Assembly: GCA_964247055.1 (NCBI GenBank)
Contig: OZ176057.1
Coordinates: 3,534,001-3,598,000 of the forward strand
Direction: 5' to 3'
Length of the DNA: 64,000 nucleotides
Source: Paragordius varius
Lineage: Eukaryota > Animalia > Nematomorpha
Shown: one piece after another, positions 49,291 through 62,401 of the stretch
How positions within the stretch are numbered: the stretch's first letter is position 1
Layout: every line of letters starts with the position of its first letter
Made by a program: the position numbers and the translations under genes
The notes under the pieces: model-generated
What the model was told of the DNA's origin: nothing
What the model saw: only the letters and a program-made list of their open reading frames with translations
The model's database searches: none

Positions 49291-50642
49291 TTATTTTTTT
49301 GAATCCATATTATCTAAACTAATAACATTGGTGTCTTTATCGATATCAATTAAATCTTTGTGGGCTTCATCGGTGTTTTTTACGTTTTTATCCATTTTTT
49401 TCATTTTTTCAACACTCTTTTGCTGTTTGAAATCATTTTTGCCAGATTTCAATGCGTGGACTTTTCTTTCATTCATTAATGTATTACTGTTTTTATCTGT
49501 AAAATTTGATAATATAACTTGTTTTGTATATTAATATTCATTTAAAATGTTTAATAATGTACAAATATGATTAAAGTAGTTAGTAAACGGCTAAATGTTG
49601 TCAATTTTGAAAAGCGTACTTTATAAAACATTATGGTCATGATCTTATATATTAAATATTACTTTAATTTTAAAACGTGTTTTGGGAATGAAATATATAT
49701 TTGTTAAATATTTATCCAAATCTAAATGACTCAATTTGGTTAGAATAAAAGTTTTAAGATACGTCAACAACCTTTCATACCATTTCGAGAGATTTCACTT
49801 TTCTTATTAACCATATCGGTTTCAATTCTATCCGTGTCAGTTTGGGGTTCATTCGATTCTTCAACAATTGATTCCCAATCAGGAAATGAATCCCAGACGT
49901 CGGGTGTCGCAATTTCCTTTTTATGGTTATAAAAACCTCTTTTTAAGGCACCACTTTTGACATTTTTATTTGTGAGCACCTGATTTCTTTTCTTTTGTTG
50001 ACGTTGATTGGAAATGGAGGAATCATGTTGATAATACTTCTCATCAAGGTTAGATAAGTCTCGATTAAATTTTTGGGCTAACTGACTCGATTTTTGGCGC
50101 AAGAAATTAAGGAACTCCTCAAACAAAACATGCTCTATATTGTGTAAATGTTGTTTTTGTTGTTCTACCATATTTTGATCATTTACATTTTGTATTGATT
50201 GCTTATTTGCCAGTAAATTTTGATCAGTTTCAGCCAAATTATTTCCTTGGTCATTGTAATAAAAATCAAAAGCTCTTTTTTGTGTATCAAAACTGTCCTT
50301 ATCGGCATAATCGGCAAAAACAGCTTTTTTGCCCTGTTCAAATGCACTCCTTTGATCCATATAACTTCTCCGGTTTCTCAAATAAGTACTGCCATCTAAA
50401 GCTGAATCTGTGAAATAAAATATTTTCTCCTTTAACATTATAAAAAAAACCTATTTTGTAGCAACATATTAATAAATTTTTATACAAATAAAGTAAAAAC
50501 CGCGGTTAGAGTTATCAATGAATGAGGGGAATAGGTGACGTTTTTTTCGATAATTTAGGGCCTGGCCACAATATATATGCATAATAAAAAAACAAAAACA
50601 TATAATTATTAATTGTAGTTTTGATGTTATCATAAATAGCAT
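49291..50642 (-). CDS. Prohormone/neuropeptide-precursor-like secreted protein, 324 aa; exons 50642-50501, 50407-49781, 49496-49291
   Basis: MLFMITSKLQLIIICFCFFIMHIYCGQALNY-RKKR-HLFPSFIDNSNR|DSALDGSTYL-RNRR-SYMDQRSAFEQ-GKK-AVFADYADKDSFDTQ-KR-AFDFYY... Signal peptide, several convertase sites and two consistent phase-1 introns. Confidence 0.78.
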
Positions 50643-51406
50643 GTAATAATATAAGCAAAAAATTAGAATTTTCTAAATGCCTAAAAAAATAAAACACACT
50701 TAAAGGTTTAAGTGATATTTACCATTTACACCCCAAATTCAATCTTGAATTCAAATTTATCCTAATAATAAATTTTTTGTTTTTGCGCTAATAAAACTCT
50801 TATTAAATAGTATATTATTTTATGGTATAAGTTTTTCTCTGTATTATGTTAAATTTAACAAAATATTTTTATCAAAATATAATAACAATTTTGGATAAAA
50901 AACATATGATTTTTAGGCCAAATTTGAAATGTTCAAGGGTGCATTTTATATGTGATAAAAATATAGAAGATATAATCGGTGATGTAACGCAACTCGATTA
51001 GTTTTGTTTTATCTTTAACTTTATTTTATTATAAAGATTTTGACCGTTATCTCTCAAATAAAATAATATATTTTAGCCGTTGACCTCATTCATCGATCCG
51101 ATAAAAAAACTTTATTTATATCACGTACTAAAAATCAACAACCGTACTGTTTATTTCTTATTTTTTAAATATAACTTATTGTTTTTAATTACAAAGTACA
51201 TAAAGATGCGTTCCGGTTCCAAGTTCTATATTAATATTTTTTATCGCAATACCTCTATTTTTGGGTTTATATAAGGAGGAACACACAATTTCGAAGGGGG
51301 CAAAGTTGAGATTCTTGAAGCCCATATCTAAATAATATTTAATCAGGATAGTTTTTATTCATACCGATTTTGTGCACAGTGTATAGGTATTGATAATTAA
51401 TATCAG

Positions 51407-51526
51407 CATTCCGATGACGCTTATGGCTATAGGCTTACAAGTGAAGAAGTCATTACTGCATTCCTGTTAAATGCAATTCGAAAAAGGCAAAATTTTGCGG
51501 ACATTATGCCAAATATTTTTGGTTAA
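51407..51526 (+). CDS. Possible terminal exon of a peptide precursor ending RKR-QNFADIMPNIF-G*
   Basis: atatcag| followed by the open frame HSDDAYGYRLTSEEVITAFLLNAIRKRQNFADIMPNIFG*. No upstream exon could be fixed. Confidence 0.35.
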   Translation, partial: HSDDAYGYRLTSEEVITAFLLNAIRKRQNFADIMPNIFG

Positions 51527-54249
51527 ATCTATAATTTATCACAAATATTATTTAAATATGGCATACGCTATATTTAATAACAAACAATATTAATAAAATA
51601 TTTATTATCTTATGTGGGCTCCAAAGTCGCGAATTTAATTTTTCAAAACGAGAAGTTAAACGTAACAATGTGACATTTTGCGAAAGAATTAATAAAAGGA
51701 GAATTATTACATAAGCATATTGTTTACTCCATTACCTTTTGGTGTTATTTTATTTCCCAGTAGGATTTGAAATTTGAATTTTTAAAAAAATATTAATGGT
51801 TTTTAGCCGAATTAAAAAATTTTATTCTTTAGCCTTTTAGGCGCATTATACAAAAATTTTTTAATCTCGAACTTTTTTGTCGCTTTCTAGTAAGTTTTTT
51901 TAAATTAAAATAGGCAAATAAATGTAAATTATGGTAGAAAGTGAGAATAATTAACTCGAACAAGCTTTCAAGCTATATTTAACCAGCAAAATATGATATA
52001 TTTTGATTATAATGTTTGTTTAAATCGTATTTTAAAGCTGTTCCATTTTAGACTCTAGAAATTACAAAACTGATAACTTATCTAATACATGATAACATTG
52101 TTTAATAATTAATTTTTAATTAAAAACCTAAAACTGTATATTTAACGTCTGAGATTAACGCCAGTTAACTAGGACAATAATAATGCAAAAAGGTAATATT
52201 TTTGTATAATCTTGTTTAATTTCAGTTTGAAGCAAATTGGAAACAGTACAAAAACAAATGAGATGTTATTTTTAACATTATTATTTCCGAGTTTAAAATT
52301 GGGGTAATAAATATATCCTGAGGAAATGTGTGTATTTGGGGAAAATGTATCAAAATGATGGTCTATATGTTTTGCCTTTTATGAGTAATTTAATAAAGTT
52401 ATATACGCTTTTGTTCTGGTGCTCTCTATCAGAAAATGGGAATTGCGCAGTAGTACAAATTTATTTGGTGAAATTAATTTCATTCCAAAAATACCACTAA
52501 ATACTCTAATAAACAAAACAAAACAGTTTTCTCTTAAATTTTAATTTTAGATGACTGCTCTACAAGTTCTAATTCCAATCTTAAATAGGCTAGTTCTCTT
52601 ACACAAAAATGCCGAGTTAGTTTTAAATAAGATATTCTAAATTTTGAGACATTAAAAAAATTTTCCTCAAAAAATGGAACAGAAATCAATAAAGATATAC
52701 CGTTTTTAAATAATTAAAAATTATTAGTGATTTAAATTTTTTTAAATAAGGAAAATAGGTCAAAAGTAATAAAATAGATGTTTAATATATGATATTATTC
52801 ATTTAAAAACAAAACAAAAATTGAAGTGTTCAAGGATCAACTTTTAAGGTTCAAGGATTAACTTAAAGTGTTAAAGGATCTTGAAGTGCAAATAAAGTAT
52901 ATTTAAAATTTGGTTATTAATATTTAGACGTATTATCGGATAAACAAATTTATAAAAAATATTTAGCAATTTTACAAATGCTGAAAACTGTCATATATAG
53001 TGCATCGATAAACTAGGTTCTTCGTAAAAACATAAATTATCTCACATTGTATACATTATATCAAAACTACATTATTAATTTAACCTTTTTCAACTACTTC
53101 TAAAGACAGTTCGAAATTTCGAGATTAATAAATTTTCTCTTTGGTACCATAGGATTACTTTATCATATTTAAATTCATACATTCGCTTAGATTGCTTATT
53201 TGTCACTTTTCTAATGGTTTCTAAACAAAATATTCGAATAAAAAACGAAAGGTACTCAAAAGCTTCGGAAAATGGAATGCCAGTTAAGAAAAAAGTATTT
53301 TTTTACAAATTTACTTTTTATTTATTTAGAAAGAAGGATATCCTGTTGCAAAAACCACTTTAGCCCTCTTTATCTTTGTCGTCTGTGGATCATGTAATAA
53401 ATTTGTTTATATGATAATTTTTTAATTATTATTAATTAAAAGCTATTTAAGTTTGAGTTGTTTTTATTTATTTTAATTATTTAGTATTATTCCAAATCAT
53501 TCAAAGTATTCGGGGATTTGCCGGTTAAATACAAATTATAAACCAAATCTTGTACATTTAACCTAATACCTATGGATCAAGCAATTTTTTAATTAAATTT
53601 ATATTTAATTTATCATTTATATATAATGAAATAAATGTGATTCACAATCGACATACATTACATTGGGTCAAGGATGTTTAATAAAAAATTTTATTTATTT
53701 TAATTTCTCGTCGGTATTTACTTTTTTTTCGCTACACACCCAATTATATGCATAAACATTTTTAAATTAGTTACTCACTGCACCTTTACTTGATGAATTT
53801 GTCTTTCGTTCAAAATCGTTCGAAATGTGTTTTTTGATTAAACTACGAGGCTATTAGTAACTAGCTTTTTGTGTCAATTTAATCGGTTATACGTCCAAGT
53901 TGTCACCAATATTCTTAATCACAGGGTTGTGCTTTAGGGAGGTTATATTGGTTATTAAAGAAAATTTTAAAGTTATCTTTGTTTCACTCAAATATATTTT
54001 TTACACTGTTCTATTATAGATTTAGAATCTAACAAAATTTGCGCATCCAATTTATACTGTTTGAAAGATTTAACTATAGCCAATGTTATTTTGAAACTAT
54101 TAGACTTATCTATTCTTATATAAAATGTTTTTAAGAATTTTCATAAAATAAAACCTTTTAAATGATCCATATATGTGGATTATTTCGAAACATTGTTTAA
54201 TAGCTATCTCATAAAATTTTCAAAACGGTACATTCACACTATTATATTG

Positions 54250-55560
54250 TTTAGTGGTGTAAAGGCCCCAAATTGACGGCTAACGGAAAAAACCGCTATA
54301 CCATATTTTTTACCTTTTTATAAGTAATATTTAAAGCCCTCATTAAACTCGTATGGTTTCTTATTTGAAAATTATCTCCAAAGCCACGCCATTTTTGGAT
54401 GGCGTCTTAGTTTTAAACCGGTAGACCCCTACCCATAGGCCTATATGATAAAGCGCTAAGTTAAATTTTTTCCCTTTATAGGGAAAATATTTGGAATCAT
54501 CTTTAAGACTATCGTCTCACGGGTTTAATCATTATATGATGCCGTATTTTTAGGGCATAAAGGGCCCAAATTAACGGCTATTAAAAAAAGCCCCACCTTA
54601 ATTTTTACCTAGTTACGGGTAATACGAACTTTAAATAAGCTCATATGGCATAAGTTTTTAATTAGTTCCAAAACAACGCAATTTCTACATAGTGGCACAG
54701 TTTTTGGCAGGTAGCTTCTTACCCAGAGGCGGCATATAAAGAGTCGGGCAAAATTTTGACATGGGGAATTCTGGAATTATAACGTTTATATGTTCCCATA
54801 AGTTCTTGGAAATATTGATTCAAAATCAAAAAATTGTTCTATTGCGGCGAATTTTTCCGGCCGTAAAACTTTTCCTAGCGAATCAGAAATAACTCCCTAT
54901 ATTAAAATATTTGTTTAAGGGGTAATAAATATTTCAGGTCCTTATTAAATTTATATGGCCTGATAAGATCACTTACAATTAACTCTCCTACAAAACGCAA
55001 TTTTGATATGGTAGCGCAGTTTTAGGCGGGTAGCTCCCTATTTAAAGCTAATACAAAAAAAGGGCTAGATTAAAATTTTTGCCTTTTTAAGGAGAATACC
55101 TGGAATCATGATTCCATATGCTCTCATTAGTTTTTGGCAAAATTGCCTCAAAACTAAACTATCATTCGATGGTGGTGCATTTTTGTGTGTAAAGGGACTA
55201 ATTAACGGCTAATTTTTAAAAACCGCGCGGCATCAATTTTTGCCTTGTTACGGGTAATATTTTAAGCACCTATTAAACTCATATGGCCTGATAGGTTTTC
55301 TGACATTTAGCCCCAAAGGCGCGCTATTTCGAATGACGGGTCAGTATTTAGCGGGTATCTTCGTGCCAAGCAGCCAATATAAAAGGAACGCTAGACTAAA
55401 ATTTTTGCCTTTTAACAGGGAATACCTGGAATGATTATTGAATTTTTACGGTCTTATACCTTGGGCGAAAAATAGATTGAAAAAATTATTTTTGTGGACT
55501 TAATTTTTTTGAAAAAAATGATTATCTTACGGGGTGAGTGGGTAAACAGAGGGCCCAAAT
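54250..55560. repeat. Diverged tandem array, about four full units of ~300-350 bp plus the start of a fifth
   Basis: Recurring blocks aaagggcccaaattaacggcta (54262, 54559, 55192, 55539), ttacgggtaata, attaaactcatatggcctgata and aaatttttgccttt...gggaatacctggaat. Confidence 0.75.
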
Positions 55561-56289
55561 TAAAAAAGCGAGCCGACTCAGCACAATCGAAAAAAAGTTA
55601 AAACACGTTTTCGGGAAAATTGTCTCAAAGACATGATTTTTAAACACTTCTGTTTACAAAAAAAACTCCGTTTTTTACACGGGGTGGACCCGAACTGGGG
55701 GCCTTATTTAAAAAGGCGAAGGTATTGTCGGGGCATTCATTAATGATTATATTTTTTCGATATTTGGATTTGAATGGGTCTAACGGTTTTCCAGGAACGG
55801 ATCACAAAGCCACCACCTTCCATTTTTATAAATATATAGATTAAGCGTCTTTGATTGGATCGTTTGTTTCTTGTTAATTTTTCGTTTTGGCTGAGTTTTA
55901 TCAGTCATTGTTTCAGGTGACAAACCTGATTAATTTTAGATTAAACTACTCTTGTAAACAAGCCTATTTATAAGATAGTTATATTTGAAACGTATTTTTG
56001 CACCAAGTTCGGAATATATGAAACAAATTTTTTTTATGCATGTGATAGTTTTCATCCAAAAAATTGATGGTCACCAAACGCCAAAAGGGCTCAATTTCGG
56101 TTATAATTTTTTTAATTACCATTATAAACAATATTCTAATTTCTTCTGCAATTTCCGCTAAAGCTAGGATATCCTCTTTATAGTTCCATGTGTTACGTTT
56201 AAATTTCGCTTATAATTTGGTGCAAATTATTTTATTGTGCCGTCCGAATTTGGAATAAAAATATCTTTTAATTTTATTTATCCAACTAT

Positions 56290-56560
56290 CTAATATGATG
56301 TAATTGGAGTATCTGAGGCTCATTGTATAAACTGTTCAATTTATCTTAATTGCATCCATGTTAGGTCAGTTATATTTTCTTTGTTCCGGACACAATATAT
56401 TTTGTTATTTTTAAACAGGATCATTAACTAATAATTTAATTGAACAACATAGAAAAGTTGGTGCATTTAAAAGTTGTTAAGATCGCTGTCGATATGTGTG
56501 GCTATTTCGTAAGTGTAGTTACGCCAGCTTAATACGGCTAGATGTGTGATGGATATCAAC
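56290..56560 (+). mobile_element. Possible LINE apurinic-endonuclease remnant
   Basis: DVIGVSEAH (cf. DIIG.SETHW) and a downstream MCGYFVSVV (cf. MGDFNA.VG), in broken frames. Confidence 0.3.
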
Positions 56561-57090
56561 TGTTGCATTATAAGTTTCGTTTCTTTCGTTAAATTATTAT
56601 CGACCCATCGCATTTAACATATCCAACGTATATTGGAAACCATGTTCCTGCTTGGGTATTGGACAGTTCGGATTCTACTGTCCCTTGAATACGTTTTTGG
56701 ATGCTGATTTTTAGCAAGATCTTGTAAGTTTAATTTAGAAGAGATATGGTTCTGTAGTTGTTAAAGGATTTAAGATTTCCTTTTTGAAAATTGGTTAAGT
56801 ATATATATAATATATACTAGCTGATACTTAAAAGGTCTTAAAATTTTTTTTTGTGAAAAATACACAGGCCCACTTTTAACATATCAAAATAACATTTTAT
56901 ACTATTATAAGTAATTAGTGTCGATGTAATATGTTAGAAAAGGTATATTCGATCTATGGATTACAGAATTTAAAAAGTTAATCCATCTACTTAAAAAAGT
57001 TAAATATAAATATATATAACCTCAATAATTATCGATATTAATTATTAAACTTTAAAATATGAAAATGTATATAATAGTGCAAAATAATTA

Positions 57091-57362
57091 CAGTAAAAAT
57101 TGAAATAAAACGGACAAAACGTGAAATATAAAGAAAGATATTTAAATGATAACCATATTTTTATAACCTAATCTATCCTATGAAATTCTAATTACAATTA
57201 TAAAATATAAATTTATTGTGTTACCAATATACAACTTTATTTTATGATGGGCAGTTTAAAATAATAAATTATAACCAAAATAATTAAGGGTTGTTTTTAG
57301 AAAAAAATATTTGTCTTCATATTTTAACTAATTATGTCCTCGTAAAATTTCAATTTTTACAG
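57091..57362. mobile_element. MITE family A
   Basis: ta-cagtaaaaattgaaataaaacggacaaaacgtg ... gtaaaatttcaatttttacag-ta. Confidence 0.75.
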
Positions 57363-57934
57363 TAATTTTAATAAAATACGTGTTCAAAGGTAATAATTAT
57401 TATCATAATCCCCCAAAAATTAATATTATATCACAATGCAAAATAATGAATGATTTTACATCAAAGTTATAAAGTCTTACAAGCCTAAATATTTGAAATT
57501 TTTAACAAAAAATATGCAAAATATATATGTTGGACAGGTAAAAGAATTAAAAATCATAGAAAAAACAAGGTGTAATGTGGTTTTTGTGTGGGTATGTTAT
57601 ACAGTTCTTATAATTTATATAATTTACACTAAGGTATAATGAAATATACAGTATGTCCATTTATGTTAGCCAATTGGTAATACAGGAGTGTATGATAAAA
57701 AACAAATTTTGTCCATAATAAAATAATCAAATCGAATGATGTGAGATAGGAAAAAATTGTTTAATTTCAATCATTCATTGTTTTTTATCCATACGCTACT
57801 GTATTACCAGATAGCCGAAAATAATTGTAGATAATATTGTATAATGACAAAAATGTGAGAAGACAAATAAACTAAAAAATTTCAAGAAAAGATTCATTTA
57901 AGAAATTATAAATGTTATTCCTAAATTTTCCATA

Positions 57935-58543
57935 TTAAACTGATGTGTTAGGATTGCTTGCTTGTTGTTGAACTAACATATCTATTGCCGCATTCACATC
58001 CCCAAACGTTGAAATTAATGCTAATAAAAAGAATAAAATTTAGATTAAAGACACATAAACACGCTTATATAAACGAATTATAAATACATAATATATCTCA
58101 AAAAAATAAACCATTTTGCACACAATAAATTTATTATGAAAAAAATGGCAAAAGGTTGCTAATATTTTATTTTTTCAAAAACCGCGTTTAAAAAATAAAA
58201 TCATATTTTAAAGTAAGATGGGTTTTTACATCTCTATCCGTTTTCACGCAATCCAAAAACAATAAAATGAGTTTAAAAAGTAGGAATTATTTTCCATGAA
58301 AGAAATTAATAAATAATTAAACTTTTAATGTGCTATTTCACTTTTCCTTAAATTCAAGTATACAGTATGCATTTTAATGGTTGCTTATTTCACATTATAA
58401 TAGGGCAATTTGCATCGCAGTAGTGTATTGAAAAAAGAAAGGAATAGATTGTTTATGTAACAATTTATTACGTTTTCTATACACTACTGTGTTTCAAATT
58501 GCCCCCTACTATAGTGTGAAATAAGCAACCTTTAAAATGCACA

Positions 58544-58577
<34 letters not shown>

Positions 58578-59779
58578 TAGGGCAATTTGCAACACAGTAG
58601 TGTATGGAAAAAAGAAAGTAGATTGCTTATTTAACATCTTGTTGCTTTTTCCATACACTACTGTATTCAAAATCGCCCAAACAATAGTGTGAAATAAGCA
58701 ACCATTAAAATGCATATACTATATATATACCTCTTAAATTAGCTTCCTTGTTGATGAAACCCATATTTGATAATTGTTGTAATTGAGATTGATAAATTTC
58801 TTCACCTTGAGCTGGTGTCATATTTTCCTTAAATTTTTTATCATATCATATAAGAGTAAAAGTTAAAAAAAGGCGCATATATTAAAAATACCACCCCAAT
58901 ATTTATTTTCACCACAAAATTATAAATATTATTTAATGAATGGGAAAAATAAATATCAATACTCCATTTTTGCTCAATGAATTGAAAATAAACTTAGAAA
59001 AAGGAGATATTTAGGTATAAAATTAATATTTCCTTAATATTAACCTTTGTTAGCAGTTATCAATAAAACCATTTGGAATTAATACGCAAAATTTGAAACA
59101 ACACATTATATAAAACCTTAAATCATAATGTATTTTCATCTTAAATGTTAAAAAAATATTACCTCTATCAAGGTGGGTGTATTCCCAGGCTGTATATTTG
59201 CTGCGTTTGTGTTTAAAGTTCCTATTCATACATTAACGAGAAAAAATATATACAAATTGATATGGAATTTCAAAAAATATGTGTTTTGACACTAAAAATT
59301 AAAATGGTATAATCAAAATGTTGAGTTAATGTGTGTTACCGCCCCTCATAAATAAAGTATCGGGTATTTTCTAACGGCGGCATTAAGAATGGAAAATATA
59401 TTATTTGTAATACCAGTTTTTGGTGTATATATATATAATATATATTTCTGTTAATTATTTTATAAATTAATATTAATATATAGAACAGACTTAACAAAAA
59501 CTTTTATTATAATCAGCCAGGTATGATTTTTACGATAATAATAATAATAATAATATTAATGATAAAAACGCACAATTTTGACTATATTGGATGTTATATT
59601 TTTACATATTAAGCGTTATTTTCATGTGTTTTAATTATTATTTTTTTATAATTTTTTGCACATTATTAAAATATTTTTCGTTATATAGAGCATAAGGATT
59701 TTATCTGTCATGATTACTTTAAAAGGGAAAATTATTTTTTTTAATCATATATTGTGAAGAAAAAAAAACTTAAAACTTG

Positions 59780-59813
<34 letters not shown>

Positions 59814-61614
59814 TTATTTTTCGAAAAAATCTATATAGTTTAGATTAAAAAACACCACCCCAAAAAACAATTTTTATTTTACTTAGAATCAAATTTTTTT
59901 TGCTAAAAAAATATAGACCTGGTGTCGCATTCAACGTTGACATATTTTGAAACATTTGCATCATAAAACGTGACATTAAGTCATCAGAATTACTGGTATT
60001 TGGTATTGTTGTCCCTGGATTTTGGGATTCTAATGCACAAAAAAAATATTTTATATACCATTTACACGTCAAATTTACCCTAAAATAAATTATGTGTTTT
60101 TTAAAAAATTACCGTTATTTTATATTTTCGAAATAAAAAATTGTGTTTAAAATTAATATAATGCCGAAAAAATATAAAACTATATCGTAAAAATATATTT
60201 CATATTGATGATAATTTATAATATCCCGAAAACACATAATTTATTTTAGCATTTCGAAGGGTGAATTTGAATTGTAAATGGTATATATAAAATAAATTAA
60301 AACATTGTTTTTTTTCAATAAACCTTTGAAAAATATGAATTTTAAAGTGGTATAATATTAGAAAAAATAAGACAGTAAATAAGTAATAATCATAAATTCG
60401 TTTTTTAAAATGATAAAATTTGACATAAAATGTTATTTTCATTATTAATTTTATTATAACTTATATATGTATGGCAAAGTTGTTTTAGACATTTGAAACT
60501 TAAAAAAGGATATAAAAATATTGACTTTATCCGAAATCGACAACCACATTTTATTCAAAAAAACCTTCCCTAAAATTTTAGATAAAGTATTCACAAGTTT
60601 CAATTTTAATTGCCAATTTGTTAAACTGTTTAACAATGAAATAAAAAAAGGATTTTTATTTAAGAAAAAAATTATATACCAGTTTTTGTAGTTTTATTAG
60701 TAGACGCATTCTCAGAACTCCCTTTGGAATTATTACCGTCATTGGTAGAATTCGGATCACCTGATTTTTCACTCGAATTCGCAGGGAATAAATTTGTCGA
60801 AGTAGGTATTAACGAACTTATTGCCGGTATATTTAATCTAAAATTTTTGAATTAAAAAGCGAAAAACCAAAAGATAATTATAAAAATATTTTATTATTAG
60901 GTTTGCTAATATATATCAATATTAAAAAATGTCAAAAACAGATTTTACAAGAAAGCGAAATATATAATTTCATAAAATTTTACCATAAGTCAAAAATATA
61001 TTTTTTATTTTTTATAAAATGGTACACATTTGTCTCTGATTCCAACATATAATTTTTGATAAAACAATGATTCTGGTTTCAAAATTTATAAATATTTTTT
61101 TAAAAAACACGAGTGTTTTACGTTAAAATTGAAATTGTACGGACAAAAAAAGTAAAAAAAATATTTATTTCTACATGACAACAACCATACTTTTTTTATT
61201 CACCTTAGTTTTTCCCATATAATTTATTCAATTAAACAATTATATAAAATATATATAATTGATTGTGTTATCAGTTTCTATCTCTTTATTCATACTTTAC
61301 AATTTTATTTAAAAAAACATTTAAAAAGTATGATTACGTATTTTAGAGAAAAATATTTGTCTTTATATTTGTTTTTAACGTTTTGTCCGTATAATTTCAA
61401 TTTTTACTGTAAGTGTTCTCTACTAAAAGATATGCCGGTTCTAAAGCGCATGTTAATTAGCTTCTAGTTCCAATAATAAAAATTTAAAATTATAAAAACA
61501 AATAAAACAATAATTTTATCGTAAATGAAACCCATATTATACCTTAATATATGGGAAAATGAGGAATAGAAATATATAAGAAACTTTACTATTATATATA
61601 TTTAACAATTGCAA

Positions 61615-61658
<44 letters not shown>

Positions 61659-62366
61659 TTAAACAGTAATTTTAAAACACTTCTTCAAAAGAATATACAT
61701 GAGATCATAATTCATATATAAATATTATAGACCATTTACATATCAAATTTACCCTTAAACAATCCCTAAATATAAATGAGTTTTGGAACTAATATAACTC
61801 ATTATTAATATATCTTTATGACATTTATTATTTTTTCAGTAGTATTTATTTTAATACATTTTATTAAAATTTTATAAAAATAAAGGTAATTTTTGAATTC
61901 TTAAAAGACTAATTAATTTGTAGGCTTGAATTGTTCAAGGGTGAATTTCTATCGTTCAAAGGGGAATGTGATTGTTTAAGGGTGAATTAGAATTGTAAAT
62001 CGTATATATATTTACTCTTAACATAATTTACCCTAAAAATTAATTTACAAACCCATTAAATTTTTCTTATAAAAATCTATAAAATGTGAAATTTGAACAA
62101 AAAAATCACCATACCCAGGGATCAAAGTTGGTGCTTCTTGTTGTAAAATAGCAAGACCCTCTTGAATTTGCATTAGAGCTTTCATGGCTTTCGGGTTACT
62201 TAAAACGCTTTGTAAATTAGGGTTTTGCATCTTTCGGGCGATTGGAATAAAGAAAAAATTATATGAAACCATAACTTTTATTTAAAAAAACTATTTACTG
62301 GTTCAATAAAAGAGAACCTAAATTAGTCTATGCTTGGTTATAAAAGTTTAAAGTTTAATATTATCG

Positions 62367-62401
<35 letters not shown>

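Noticed and set aside
49328-50413. Plus-strand ORFs 49328-49534 and 50195-50413
   Set aside because: Antisense shadows of the prohormone exons.
59330-59450. GC-richer patch in a ubiquilin intron
   Set aside because: No acceptor/donor pair giving an in-phase open exon; the flanking exons already join in frame.
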